This document shows positions 47,052 to 56,381 of a stretch of DNA of 64,000 bases, one piece after another. Origin of the DNA: Minisyncoccota bacterium (lineage in GTDB: Bacteria; Patescibacteriota; Minisyncoccia; Phycocordibacterales; JACRKE01); assembly GCA_041660505.1 (NCBI GenBank), contig JBAZWG010000001.1, forward strand, positions 115,979-179,978, in the 5' to 3' direction. How positions within the stretch are numbered: position 1 is the stretch's first letter; each line of letters starts with the position of its first letter. Both the position numbers and the translations under genes were made by a program. The notes beneath the pieces were generated by a model. The model had not been told where the DNA came from, did no database searches, and saw only the letters and a program-made list of their open reading frames with translations.

Positions 47052-47816
47052 TTATTTCGCAGAGGTTTCGGACGCTATGAATTTCTTGACATCGGCCAAT
47101 GTGTTCATGAACTGCGCCGGGAAGATGATGGTCGAATTTTTCTCTACGCTTATCTCGGCCATCGTCTGTAAATTGCGGAGTTGGAGGGCAATCGGGTGCG
47201 CTTGCATCACGTCGGCGGTATCGGCCAACTTCTGCGCGGCGAGGAACTCACCTTCGGCGGCGATAACCTTGGCGCGCTTCTCGCGTTCGGCCTCGGCTTG
47301 TTTGGCCATTGCCCTTTGCATGTTGTCGGGGAGCTGAATGTCTTTTATTTCCACCACCGAGACGACGACACCCCACTGTTCGGTGTGCCCGTCCAATACT
47401 CCGCGAATCTCGGTATTAATAGTATCGCGAGAGGAAAGTATCGTGTCGAGCTCGAAGCGCCCGACGATATTCCTCACTGTTGTTTGGGCAATCTGATTGA
47501 TGGCGTTCATCACGTTCTCGATTGCTATCAAGCTCTTGGTTGCATCCACAACTTTGTAATAGGCTACGGCTGAAATGTCTACCGAGACGTTATCCTTCGT
47601 AATTATTTTCTGCGGAGGGATAGGTAATGTTATCGTGCGCAAGTCGACTTTGTATAAAATATCAACGTACGGGATTATCCAGTTCAGACCCGGGTTGCGC
47701 TCCCCCACAATCTTACCGAAGCGGAAGACGACACCTTTTTGATATTGCTGGACGATGCGCACGCCCGGCAAGACGACGAACACTATGACGAACACGAGAA
47801 TGTAAACTATGTCCAT
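47052..47816 (-). CDS. SPFH/band-7 protein (stomatin/QmcA-like)
   Basis: N-terminal TM, then RIVQQYQKGVVFRFGK...ITKDNVSVDISAVAYYKV..., a canonical stomatin-family core. Confidence 0.85.
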   Translation of the reverse strand: MDIVYILVFVIVFVVLPGVRIVQQYQKGVVFRFGKIVGERNPGLNWIIPYVDILYKVDLRTITLPIPPQKIITKDNVSVDISAVAYYKVVDATKSLIAIENVMNAINQIAQTTVRNIVGRFELDTILSSRDTINTEIRGVLDGHTEQWGVVVSVVEIKDIQLPDNMQRAMAKQAEAEREKRAKVIAAEGEFLAAQKLADTADVMQAHPIALQLRNLQTMAEISVEKNSTIIFPAQFMNTLADVKKFIASETSAK

Positions 47817-47848
47817 ACGAAAAAATTATTAAATAATTTCTTACTTTT

Positions 47849-49174
47849 TTATTTACGTCTCCAAGAGGGCTTAAAGCCGCCATGCCCGCCACCACGTCCG
47901 CCATGTCCGCCAAATTTTTGTGATTCATAAGGGCGTTCTTTGATAGTGCTCTGGCGTGCCGGCGGGAGATCTTGCGGCTTGGATTTCTCCGGCAGGCGCT
48001 TCTTGGTCAAACGTTCGATGGTCTGTATGTCACGGCGCTCATGATGCTCGGCGAATGAGATTGCCTTGCCCTCTTTACCCGCGCGGCCGGTACGGCCGAT
48101 GCGATGGACGTAATCCTCGGCCGAGTCCGGTAGGTCATAATTAATAACAAGGCCGATGTCGGAGACATCGATACCGCGCGCAGCAATGTCTGTCGCCACC
48201 AAGACGCGATATTTACCTTTCTTAAATCCGAGCAAGGCCTCTGTGCGCTGTGAGAGAGATTTATTGGAATGAATATCCGTCGCCGTATGACCCATGTCTT
48301 GGATATGTTTGGCGAGTCTCTTGGCACCGTGCTTGGTGCGTGAGAAAACGAGTATCGTGCCCGGGTTGTCGGCAATGAGCTTCTCGAGCAAGCGCGATTT
48401 CTCTTCTTTCGTAACGAAATAAATTTCTTCAGAAATTTTTGCAACAGTCGTGCCCGATGTGGCAACCTGTACCGTTTGCGGTGCGTGCAGATAGGCCTTC
48501 GCCATTTGAGCAATCTTGTCCGGCATCGTGGCCGAGAAAAGAAGCGTCTGATGTACCTTCGGGATCATCGCGATGACGGTGCGAATCTGCGGCTCGAATC
48601 CCATATCAAGCATTCTGTCGGCTTCATCGAGAATTAATATCGAGACTTGGGATAGGTCAATCGTCTTCTGGCGAATGTGGTCATTGATACGGCCGGGGGT
48701 AGCGACTATCACGTGCGGATTCTCGCGGAGCTTGCGCATCTGGGCACCCATGTTGGCACCGCCGACGAGCATGGCGGTTTTAATTCCTAAATCTTTTCCG
48801 ATAGCAACAAGCTTCTCGTCCACCTGGGCGGCGAGCTCGCGCGTGGGCAAGAGCACTAGGCCAGTGCCCTTGGTCAAGGCTAGGCGCTGGAGCATCGGCA
48901 GACCGAAGGCGAGCGTTTTGCCTGTGCCGGTCTGGGCGATACCGATGATGTCCTTGCCAGTTAACACAACCGGTATGGCCTGCGCCTGGATAGGTGTCGG
49001 GTTGGTAATATTGAGCTTAGCTAGAGTATTGGTGAATACCGGAGCGAGGCCGAGGTCGGTGAAGGTTACTGAACCAACCGTAGAAGGTTCAACCTTTTGG
49101 ACCTGCCCGACAGTGCCAGTCATTGGCAGGCGGGTGCCTAAGGTTGAACCTTGGGAAGTGGTGTTTTGTGGCAC
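47849..49174 (-). CDS. DEAD-box ATP-dependent RNA helicase with Gly/Arg-rich C-terminal tail
   Basis: Q-motif FTDLGL...PTPIQ, AQTGTGKT, DEAD, SAT, HRIGRTGRAG. The real start may be the Met at ~49123. Confidence 0.9.
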   Translation of the reverse strand: MPQNTTSQGSTLGTRLPMTGTVGQVQKVEPSTVGSVTFTDLGLAPVFTNTLAKLNITNPTPIQAQAIPVVLTGKDIIGIAQTGTGKTLAFGLPMLQRLALTKGTGLVLLPTRELAAQVDEKLVAIGKDLGIKTAMLVGGANMGAQMRKLRENPHVIVATPGRINDHIRQKTIDLSQVSILILDEADRMLDMGFEPQIRTVIAMIPKVHQTLLFSATMPDKIAQMAKAYLHAPQTVQVATSGTTVAKISEEIYFVTKEEKSRLLEKLIADNPGTILVFSRTKHGAKRLAKHIQDMGHTATDIHSNKSLSQRTEALLGFKKGKYRVLVATDIAARGIDVSDIGLVINYDLPDSAEDYVHRIGRTGRAGKEGKAISFAEHHERRDIQTIERLTKKRLPEKSKPQDLPPARQSTIKERPYESQKFGGHGGRGGGHGGFKPSWRRK

Positions 49175-49242
49175 AAATTAGCAGTTAGAATAAGCCTATA
49201 TTATATAGTAAGAGTTGCCGATTGTCAATCAGAATTTTGAAC

Positions 49243-51480
49243 CTATTCTTTACACTTGTTGCAGATGTCGCGGACGTTCTCCGGTACATAATCGCAAGAT
49301 GGTGCCATTTTGAAGCCTGCGCAGACTTGGTCGTTCGGTACGAAGCCTGCCGGAGGTGTGCCTCCTGATGATTCGCTACTCTGGGAAGATGATTCTCCTT
49401 GTCCAGAGATGCCCATACTCTCCGGCACCCCCTCTGGAATATATCCCTTCGGGATGCCGCCTTTCGGAATACCGGCCGGGATACTCCCCGCTTCAGGGAT
49501 TCCTGCCGGGCGGAAGTTCTTCATACAAGCGGCGATGTCGCCTTGGACGTCCTCTGGGCCTTTGACCTCGCCTTTCTGTGCGCGCTCGGCGATATTACTT
49601 AAGCGATCTTTAAGACATGCCTGAATTTCCGGTGGGGCTTGCTTCAACTGCTCATCCATCATCTTCTGCATTACTGCGCCGATATTACCGACACAACTCT
49701 GGATTGCTGCGCCTGCCTCGGGGCCGATTTCTACATCTTCGCCCGCCTCGATTTTGGCCACCTTATCTTTACCCAATTTATGTTCGATACAAGTGCGAAT
49801 TTCCTCCGGCATCTGCTTTAATCCATCGCGCATTTTCTTTAAGCCTTCTGTCTTCATTTTGCCGAAGCAGTTCTTAATCTTATCGCCCGCGTCCGGTGAT
49901 GGCGGAGCATCGCCCTTAAGCATCCCTTCGAGCCCACCCTCACCCATCGCTTGCTCGACACATTGCTTGGTCGCCGAGTCTGCTTGATCCATGGCGCCCT
50001 TGAGCTTACTCATCATCTGCGGGAGATACTTGGCAAAGCAGGCTTTGATCTTGCCGCCAGCCTCCGGCCCCGGCATATATGTACCGCCTTCTACACTTGA
50101 GATGATGTTCGGGTCAACTTCTGACTTCAAACAATCCACCACTTCTTGCGGTGCTTGTTGTAAGCCGGCGCGGAGCTGGCTCATGCCGTCCTTAATCTCC
50201 TTCAGTTTATCTGCGGGAATGAGGTCATGCTCTTTAGCAAATTCGAAGCAGGCGGTCTGATTCTTTGCGTCATTACAATAGGCATCACATGACGCCTTCG
50301 ACGTACAGCCACCGGGGCCCTTGCCCCCTGTCTTGCGCACGAGATCAGCCTCTTCTTTACTGATGAAGCCGGCCTTCTCGCCGAAAGCCACGCATTCCAT
50401 TACATTGTTATTATCGGCGCAGTATTTCTCGCACTGGTCTTTCGTCGTGCATTTGCCGGGCGACTGGCCGCTCTCGATAAGCGGGAGAACTTTGCGCGCC
50501 ATCTCCGACTCTTCTTTACTTACAAAGCCGGCCTTCTCTGCGAAGTCGAGACATTCACCGCCGTGGCCTGATGCAGTGCAATAAGTGTTGCAAGACTTCT
50601 GATCAGTACAGCCACCGGGCAATTTCGCACCGGCCTTCAAAGCTTGGGCGACTTGCTTGCCCTGCTTGAGCACGTCGGCACTAATGAAGTTATGCTTCTC
50701 GGCGAAGGTGAGGCACGAATCGATATTTTTTATATCAGAACAATATGTCGTACACGATGCTTGGTCTTTGCACGAGCCGGGGCCGTCGCCCTTCAATACA
50801 TCGGCGAACTCTTTCGCCTTGGCGGCGTCCTCTTTGGAAATTAAACCTGTTTTAGCGCCGAAGTCAGCACAAGCTCCGTAATTCTCTTGTTTATCGCAAT
50901 AAGTTTTACATTCCTTGTCACTCGCGCAGTTGCCGAGAGCGACTATGGGATAAGTGCTGATGACTTTCACGACGATAGGTTTGCCTACCGTGTTGCCGTT
51001 GTTCACGAGCTTAAGATCCATCGTTGCCGCACTGCCGACTATCGATGCGATGTTCCATTTGTAGATGTAAGCCTGACCCGGGTCTGTCGTAACTTGATAA
51101 CCGCCACCAGCACTTGAGTTGTTCGCTGATAGGTCTGCGCTGTAAAACAGCATCCAAGCTTTGCCGGAGAGATATGGGAAGTTTCTGCCGTCTTTATAAG
51201 TGAAGCTTGCACCTTTGTTCATGAGCGCGGACGTTACCACTTTACCGTTCACGTAAACCTCTAATGGATAGTTGGCGCCAGCAGGCTTATTGTAGTCGAT
51301 ACGGCCGAGCAAGCTCAAGACGCTCGTTGCCGGCACTGTCCCGGACCATGAGTCATTGGCCGCAATGCGGATCTCGTCAGGGATGGTAACCGCCTGTGCG
51401 GTTTGCACCGTTCCTAACATAATGAGCAACATTGGCACGATGCCGGTAAATCGCAAAAGTTTTTTTATTGTCATATTCAT
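49243..51480 (-). CDS. Secreted cysteine-rich tandem-repeat protein (hypothetical)
   Basis: Signal peptide. About 6 copies of a ~44-aa unit (C..K..C..YC......C..F[AG]EKAGFISKEE...), then a second repeat type, a GIP-rich tract and C-terminal CxxC. Confidence 0.55.
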   Translation of the reverse strand: MNMTIKKLLRFTGIVPMLLIMLGTVQTAQAVTIPDEIRIAANDSWSGTVPATSVLSLLGRIDYNKPAGANYPLEVYVNGKVVTSALMNKGASFTYKDGRNFPYLSGKAWMLFYSADLSANNSSAGGGYQVTTDPGQAYIYKWNIASIVGSAATMDLKLVNNGNTVGKPIVVKVISTYPIVALGNCASDKECKTYCDKQENYGACADFGAKTGLISKEDAAKAKEFADVLKGDGPGSCKDQASCTTYCSDIKNIDSCLTFAEKHNFISADVLKQGKQVAQALKAGAKLPGGCTDQKSCNTYCTASGHGGECLDFAEKAGFVSKEESEMARKVLPLIESGQSPGKCTTKDQCEKYCADNNNVMECVAFGEKAGFISKEEADLVRKTGGKGPGGCTSKASCDAYCNDAKNQTACFEFAKEHDLIPADKLKEIKDGMSQLRAGLQQAPQEVVDCLKSEVDPNIISSVEGGTYMPGPEAGGKIKACFAKYLPQMMSKLKGAMDQADSATKQCVEQAMGEGGLEGMLKGDAPPSPDAGDKIKNCFGKMKTEGLKKMRDGLKQMPEEIRTCIEHKLGKDKVAKIEAGEDVEIGPEAGAAIQSCVGNIGAVMQKMMDEQLKQAPPEIQACLKDRLSNIAERAQKGEVKGPEDVQGDIAACMKNFRPAGIPEAGSIPAGIPKGGIPKGYIPEGVPESMGISGQGESSSQSSESSGGTPPAGFVPNDQVCAGFKMAPSCDYVPENVRDICNKCKE

Positions 51481-51483
51481 AAA

Positions 51484-51753
51484 TTATTTGCCGAATGGAT
51501 TAGTGTAAGCCTGCGTGTATGGGTTGACTGCCGGCTCCGAGAAAGGATTAGTGTTCGGCATTTGCTCTACTGCACTACTGCCGGAACCAACCTTGTCATA
51601 TAATGTCGCACCCAAAGCGCCTCCTTCTGCAGAGGTTACGTCGGAGGCTTGCCCGCCATACGGCTCTGTCGAGGATGCGTTACGAGACACGAAGTACCAT
51701 CCTGCGGCGACAATAATCGCAAGCACGACGATATAAGTAATATATTTTTTCAT
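51484..51753 (-). CDS. Small secreted/membrane protein (hypothetical)
   Basis: N-terminal TM or signal (YIVVLAIIVAAGWYF). 89 aa. Confidence 0.35.
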   Translation of the reverse strand: MKKYITYIVVLAIIVAAGWYFVSRNASSTEPYGGQASDVTSAEGGALGATLYDKVGSGSSAVEQMPNTNPFSEPAVNPYTQAYTNPFGK

Positions 51754-52676
51754 AGGGCCAGTATACTCTTGTCTAGCATCTCTTTCAACCCTTGTTCCAT
51801 CGTGTGCGAAGGCTTCCAGCCCAGCTCCTTTTGCGCGAGCGTGGTGTCGAGCATAATGTCACGCACTTCACCTTTTACCGCCTCTATGTGCTTGGCTTCG
51901 CCTTTGAACTTTAGAAGATTCTTGAGAATAGTAAAAACTTGATTCACGCTCACTTGAGAGCCGTTCGCAAGATGGAAGAGTTTATGCGCCGGATTTTTCT
52001 CCATCGCGTTCACGATAAATTCCGCGATGTCGAGCACGTAAATAAAGTCGCGCGTCTGCTCACCGTCGCCGAAGATGGTCGGCGACTCACCCTTCATCAT
52101 CGCCTCAATGAATATCGCCGTGACCCTGCGGAACTTGGGGTCGTCCCCCGGCCCATAAACATTACCGAAGCAGAAGATCAAATAATCTAAGCCGTAGAGC
52201 TCGTGATACATCCAGACATAATGCTCCGCCGTATGCTTAGAGATACCGTAGGGCGACATCGGCTTGATAGGATGTTTCTCGTCTACGGGCAAATATTCCG
52301 GCTCGCCGACTCTAGCCCCGCCGGTCGAAGTATAAATAACTCTCTTAACCCCGCTCTTCTTGCAAGCTTCGAGCACATTTATGGTGCCGATAATATTCTG
52401 CAGAGCATCAAAGACCGGCTCCTCCAGGGACCGGCGCAACATCACCTGCGCCGCCGTGTGAATAACGATGTCTGGCTTCTCTATATTGAATATATCCTGA
52501 ATATCTTTCGTAATATCGCGCTCGTAAAACTTCACACCGGCCGGCAACTTTTCTCGCTTCCCCGTACTCAAGTTATCCAGCACCACAACGTCATACCCCG
52601 CTTTTTGTAAAACGATAACGATATGCGACCCAATGAACCCTGCCCCGCCGGTAACCAAAACTTTTTTGTATTTCAT
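51750..52676 (-). CDS. NAD-dependent epimerase/dehydratase (UDP-glucose 4-epimerase-like)
   Basis: VLVTGGAGFIGSH Rossmann motif. YxxxK catalytic dyad region. Confidence 0.85.
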   Translation of the reverse strand: MKYKKVLVTGGAGFIGSHIVIVLQKAGYDVVVLDNLSTGKREKLPAGVKFYERDITKDIQDIFNIEKPDIVIHTAAQVMLRRSLEEPVFDALQNIIGTINVLEACKKSGVKRVIYTSTGGARVGEPEYLPVDEKHPIKPMSPYGISKHTAEHYVWMYHELYGLDYLIFCFGNVYGPGDDPKFRRVTAIFIEAMMKGESPTIFGDGEQTRDFIYVLDIAEFIVNAMEKNPAHKLFHLANGSQVSVNQVFTILKNLLKFKGEAKHIEAVKGEVRDIMLDTTLAQKELGWKPSHTMEQGLKEMLDKSILAL

Positions 52677-52739
52677 ATGATGGGTATAACCAACGCGATA
52701 AGCAAAAAAGTTAGATTGTCCGGGGTCTCGCCTCGAAGG

Positions 52740-53072
52740 TCAACGTTTCATTTTAACGAAAGTATAATAAATAACTGAAGCAAGAATAGTCCAGTAAAAA
52801 ATTAGATAGATACCAATAAATGGAGGCGGCGGGTCATCTCGCAAAAAGTCGGTAGAAAGCAACAAGGGTCCTATTAAAACAATTTTGATAGGCGATATAA
52901 TTGTAGATACGGTATTTTTCCAAGCTATTGGTGACGCCGTTCCAAGGAAAGAGTCCGGGTGCTTGGGGAAGCCTCGGGGGCCTGTTGACCCCAAAAGCGT
53001 GGTAGTGATAAACATAAAAGCGAACCCAAAAATGATGAAAAGAATAACGAATTTTTTTCTTGAAATATTCAT
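52740..53072 (-). CDS. Small multi-TM membrane protein (hypothetical), flanked by family D hairpins
   Basis: 3 predicted TMs. Hairpins with the shared GGTCTCGCCTCG core at ~52720-52745 and ~53080-53102. Confidence 0.4.
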   Translation of the reverse strand: MNISRKKFVILFIIFGFAFMFITTTLLGSTGPRGFPKHPDSFLGTASPIAWKNTVSTIISPIKIVLIGPLLLSTDFLRDDPPPPFIGIYLIFYWTILASVIYYTFVKMKR

Positions 53073-53108
53073 GTATGCTTGTCCGAGGTCTCGCCTCGGA
53101 CATTAGTT

Positions 53109-53462
53109 TTATAAATACTCGTCGTTCAGATCAAGAAAGTTTGTGACTTTTTCTGAAATGTCTTTATAATATTTCGGTTCAAGCGTGCCTAGAGTTTTAC
53201 TGATTCTTCGACGATCGATCATGCGCAGTTGAGAAATTTCTAGGCGAGAATCGCTTTTCAAACCGTTTTCTTTGCTTGCAATAATCCAGACGGCAGAGGG
53301 AACATCTTTGGGTGTGTTGGTAAGGGGCACGACAATAACGGTCTCTATTTTAGACTGGTTAACCTTATTGTTCTGGAGTATCAATGCCGGACGGACACCG
53401 CGCTTTTCTGCGCCGCGTGCGGGGTCGAAGTTAACAACAACAATATCGTATTTCTTTACCAT
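53109..53462 (-). CDS. Type II toxin, MazF/PemK family endoribonuclease
   Basis: KKYDIVVVNFDPARGAEKRGVRPALIL...TVIVVPLTN matches the PemK/MazF fold signature. Confidence 0.75.
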   Translation of the reverse strand: MVKKYDIVVVNFDPARGAEKRGVRPALILQNNKVNQSKIETVIVVPLTNTPKDVPSAVWIIASKENGLKSDSRLEISQLRMIDRRRISKTLGTLEPKYYKDISEKVTNFLDLNDEYL

Positions 53463-53698
53463 TCCAAGTTCACGGGATTATTTGCGATCGAAAACCACAT
53501 ATCCATTTCTTCTTTGTCCTCCGCCATGCGGTTATATGACTCCGTAATCGCGCGACCTTTCGCCTCGCGTTCTAGTTTCTTTATAGAATCTTCGATGACT
53601 TCACGACGGGTAACTTCGCGTTCTTTAGCCATCTTATCGACGAACATAAGCAACTGCGAATTGATATTAGTAGTGATACGTGTTTGATGCTTTATCAT
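53456..53698 (-). CDS. Putative antitoxin (RHH/CopG-like) partner of MazF
   Basis: Small acidic protein overlapping the toxin start by 7 nt. The start codon is uncertain. Confidence 0.45.
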   Translation of the reverse strand: MIKHQTRITTNINSQLLMFVDKMAKEREVTRREVIEDSIKKLEREAKGRAITESYNRMAEDKEEMDMWFSIANNPVNLEW

Positions 53699-53738
53699 AT
53701 GCATCATGATATGCCTGTCAGTATGTATTGTCAAGCTA

Positions 53739-53825
53739 CGGAGAGAGTGGGATTTGAACCCACGATACGGTTGCCCGTATGCCGGTTTTCGAAACCGGTG
53801 CCTTCAACCACTCAGCCATCTCTCC
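53739..53825 (-). tRNA. tRNA-Ser (anticodon CGA), type II
   Basis: Reverse complement gives GGAGAGA...TCTCTCC acceptor, anticodon stem CCGGT/ACCGG with loop TTCGAAA, long variable arm and T-arm GTGGG-TTCAAAT-CCCAC. Confidence 0.85.
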
Positions 53826-53902
53826 AAAACCTTTATACTCTAGCAATTTTTTGCCATTTTGACAAAAATGCGTTATTATAGCGGGACAATTTTAGTGCGT
53901 AA

Positions 53903-53974
53903 GGCCCTATCGTCTAACGGTTAGGACAGAAGCTTTTCAAGCTTTAAACCAGGGTTCGACTCCCTGTAGGGTCA
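53903..53974 (+). tRNA. tRNA-Glu (anticodon TTC)
   Basis: GGCCCTA acceptor pairs with TAGGGTC (one G-U). Loop TTTTCAA. T-arm CAGGG-TTCGACT-CCCTG. Confidence 0.8.
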
Positions 53975-53977
53975 CAG

Positions 53978-55654
53978 ATGCCAACGCGGATACTAAGTTA
54001 TTTACATAAAGAATTCACCGGCTTGCATGAAGCGGCTTTTCTCTTGGGCGCTTCGGCTTTTCTCTCGCAAGTGCTCGCTTTATTTCGCGATCGTTTACTC
54101 GCCTCCACTTTCGGCTCGGGGAGCGCTCTGGATATTTATTATGCCGCTTTCAAGATTCCTGATTTTATTTACGCTTCTATCGCCTCTGTCGTTTCTGTCA
54201 CCGTACTCATCCCATTCATAATAGAACGCTTGGCAGATGGCCGAGATGCGGAAGCTAAGAAATTTTTAAACACTGTCTTCACGGCATTTTCTGTGGTGAT
54301 GGTCGGCGTCTGTGGATTGAGCTGGATATTCATTCCCGCACTCGCACCTATCGTCGTTCCTGGCTTCTCTCCTGCACAGCAGGCGGAGTTCATCACTCTC
54401 TCGCGCATTCTCCTGCTCTCGCCATTCCTACTTGGCCTCTCCGCCCTGCTCGGCAGTGCGACGCAGGCATTCAGAAAGTTTTTTGTCTTCGCTATCACGC
54501 CCATCGTCTACAACATAGGGATAATTATTGGCATCGTCTTCTTTTATCCCACATTCGGTTTGCCAGGCCTCGCCTATGGCGTCGCGCTCGGCGCTTTTCT
54601 GCACTTGAGCATTCAGCTACCAGTACTTTACAAGCTGGACTTCTTCCCAAAATTCACTTCATCTCTTGATTTCAAAACTTTGCGCGAAGTCATAATGATA
54701 TCCCTCCCCCGCACAGTTGCGCTCGCGACGGATAAAATTTCGCTTGCCGTCCTTGCCGCCCTTGGTTCTCTTATGGCCACCGGCACTATCACTATATTTA
54801 ATCTCGCCCTAAACTTGCAATCAGTCCCACTTGCGGTCGTTGGCGTTAGCTACTCCATTGCCGCCTTCCCCGCGCTGGCACAGATATTCAGCAAGGGCGA
54901 TATGGCGGAATTCAGAAGCAAGGTAGAGACGGCGATAAGACACATCGTCTTTTGGTCCGTCCCGGCAACGGTACTCTTCATCGTCTTGCGCGCCCAAATC
55001 ATCCGCGTAATTTATGGTGCCGGCAGATTCGATTGGAGCGATACGAGGCTTACCGCCGCGGCCTTGGCGATATTCGCTGTTTCTGTCGTTGCCCAGAGCT
55101 TGATATTGCTCTTCGTCCGTGCATATTATGCGGGAGGCAAGACCATGAGACCGCTTATGGTGAACGCCGGTACTTCGATACTCACTATAATTTTCGCTTT
55201 CGTATTTATAAAGTGGTTCGAAGTTTCAGAAATGTTCAGACAAATTATCGGCATCACCGTCAGAGTTTCTGACGTGTCCGATACTGTCATGCTCACGCTC
55301 CCGCTTGCCTACTCTCTTGGATATATTGTGAATGCGATACTGCTTTGGATCTACTTCGTCAAAGACTTCGGTAATTTTTCCTCGCCTGTTATCAAGTCTT
55401 GTATGCAAGTGCTGGGGGCATCTCTTGCCGGCGGATTCGTGACGTATCTCGCCCTCAATGCCTCGCAAGGATTCCTTTCTTTGCACACAACATTCGGCGT
55501 CTTCAGCCAAGGGTTCGTCTCCGGCATTATCGGTATCTTGGTCATCATCGCCATCTTGCGCGCAATAAAAAATAAAGAACTCAATGTCGTCGCCGACACA
55601 CTTCATCACAAATTCTGGAAGGAAAAGGTTGTGGTCGCCGAACAAAATTTGTAA
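53978..55654 (+). CDS. murJ: Lipid II flippase MurJ (MviN family)
   Basis: 558 aa, about 14 TM segments. N-terminal LGASAFLSQVLALFRDRLLA...YYAAFKIPDF pattern of MurJ. Confidence 0.85.
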   Translation: MPTRILSYLHKEFTGLHEAAFLLGASAFLSQVLALFRDRLLASTFGSGSALDIYYAAFKIPDFIYASIASVVSVTVLIPFIIERLADGRDAEAKKFLNTVFTAFSVVMVGVCGLSWIFIPALAPIVVPGFSPAQQAEFITLSRILLLSPFLLGLSALLGSATQAFRKFFVFAITPIVYNIGIIIGIVFFYPTFGLPGLAYGVALGAFLHLSIQLPVLYKLDFFPKFTSSLDFKTLREVIMISLPRTVALATDKISLAVLAALGSLMATGTITIFNLALNLQSVPLAVVGVSYSIAAFPALAQIFSKGDMAEFRSKVETAIRHIVFWSVPATVLFIVLRAQIIRVIYGAGRFDWSDTRLTAAALAIFAVSVVAQSLILLFVRAYYAGGKTMRPLMVNAGTSILTIIFAFVFIKWFEVSEMFRQIIGITVRVSDVSDTVMLTLPLAYSLGYIVNAILLWIYFVKDFGNFSSPVIKSCMQVLGASLAGGFVTYLALNASQGFLSLHTTFGVFSQGFVSGIIGILVIIAILRAIKNKELNVVADTLHHKFWKEKVVVAEQNL

Positions 55655-55712
55655 AGCAAACTTCCTCCCCGTGAATTTCAGGGAGGAAGTTTTTGCTCCT
55701 TTCTGCGCCTAG

Positions 55713-56297
55713 TCATAGCAACCTAAGCGCAATAGACACGAACACTGGGATGAACAGGTTATCATCCTGCCACCACGGTTCGTGCTTGCCGATGATCTCG
55801 CCGATTGCGGCAACGAAGCCGATGACGGTAGAGAGCGGCAAGACGCATCCGCTTGCCGATGCAGCGAATGCCCCGGCAATCCAGGCACCTAAGAAGCCCT
55901 CGCATGTCTTCTTGCCGGCACCCGGGAACGGCGTGAGGCCGTAGTGGATACCAACGAGCCTGGCCGCCGGATCAACGCACGCGACGCAGATAACACAGAG
56001 CCAGAATGTCCCAGCCGGGGCGATCCACCAGGCCAGCACAAGCCCGGTGACCATCGCCGGTGCGGCCGTTGGCCTACCATCCCTCTCGTCATCGCGGATA
56101 ATCCCGTTCATGACGGCGAGGAAAGCGTTGCGTACATACTCCACACGCGTGCGTAAAAACTCGACTCCCACGACAATCATCCAGAGCAGATACATACCGT
56201 ACTCCGGTGAGACGCGCAATGCCAGTCCGACAGCGAACGGTGTCGATAAGACATGCCAGATTGCCCGCCACCCCTCATAATTCCTGTTCAAGAGCAA
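55713..56297 (-). CDS. CTP-transferase-1 family membrane protein (CdsA / dolichol-kinase-like), GC-rich
   Basis: Polytopic protein with a GKKTCEGFLGAWIAG signature near the C-terminus. Elevated GC relative to neighbours. Confidence 0.5.
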   Translation of the reverse strand: MLLNRNYEGWRAIWHVLSTPFAVGLALRVSPEYGMYLLWMIVVGVEFLRTRVEYVRNAFLAVMNGIIRDDERDGRPTAAPAMVTGLVLAWWIAPAGTFWLCVICVACVDPAARLVGIHYGLTPFPGAGKKTCEGFLGAWIAGAFAASASGCVLPLSTVIGFVAAIGEIIGKHEPWWQDDNLFIPVFVSIALRLL

Positions 56298-56381
56298 TCA
56301 CCTCCGGCAACACCCTACCACTCTTCAATATATAGTCAACTCTCTATTATATGTGTATACTGAATAATCATTAAGATTTAT

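Noticed and set aside
49300-49520. GIP/AGIP short-period DNA repeat
   Set aside because: It lies inside the secreted repeat protein 49243..51480 and simply encodes the AGIPEAGSIPAGIPKGGIPKGYIPEGVPE tract. Already covered by that gene.
53857-53885. Possible promoter TTGACA...TATTAT upstream of tRNA-Glu
   Set aside because: The -35 hexamer is perfect but no -10 hexamer sits at 16-18-bp spacing. Left unannotated.
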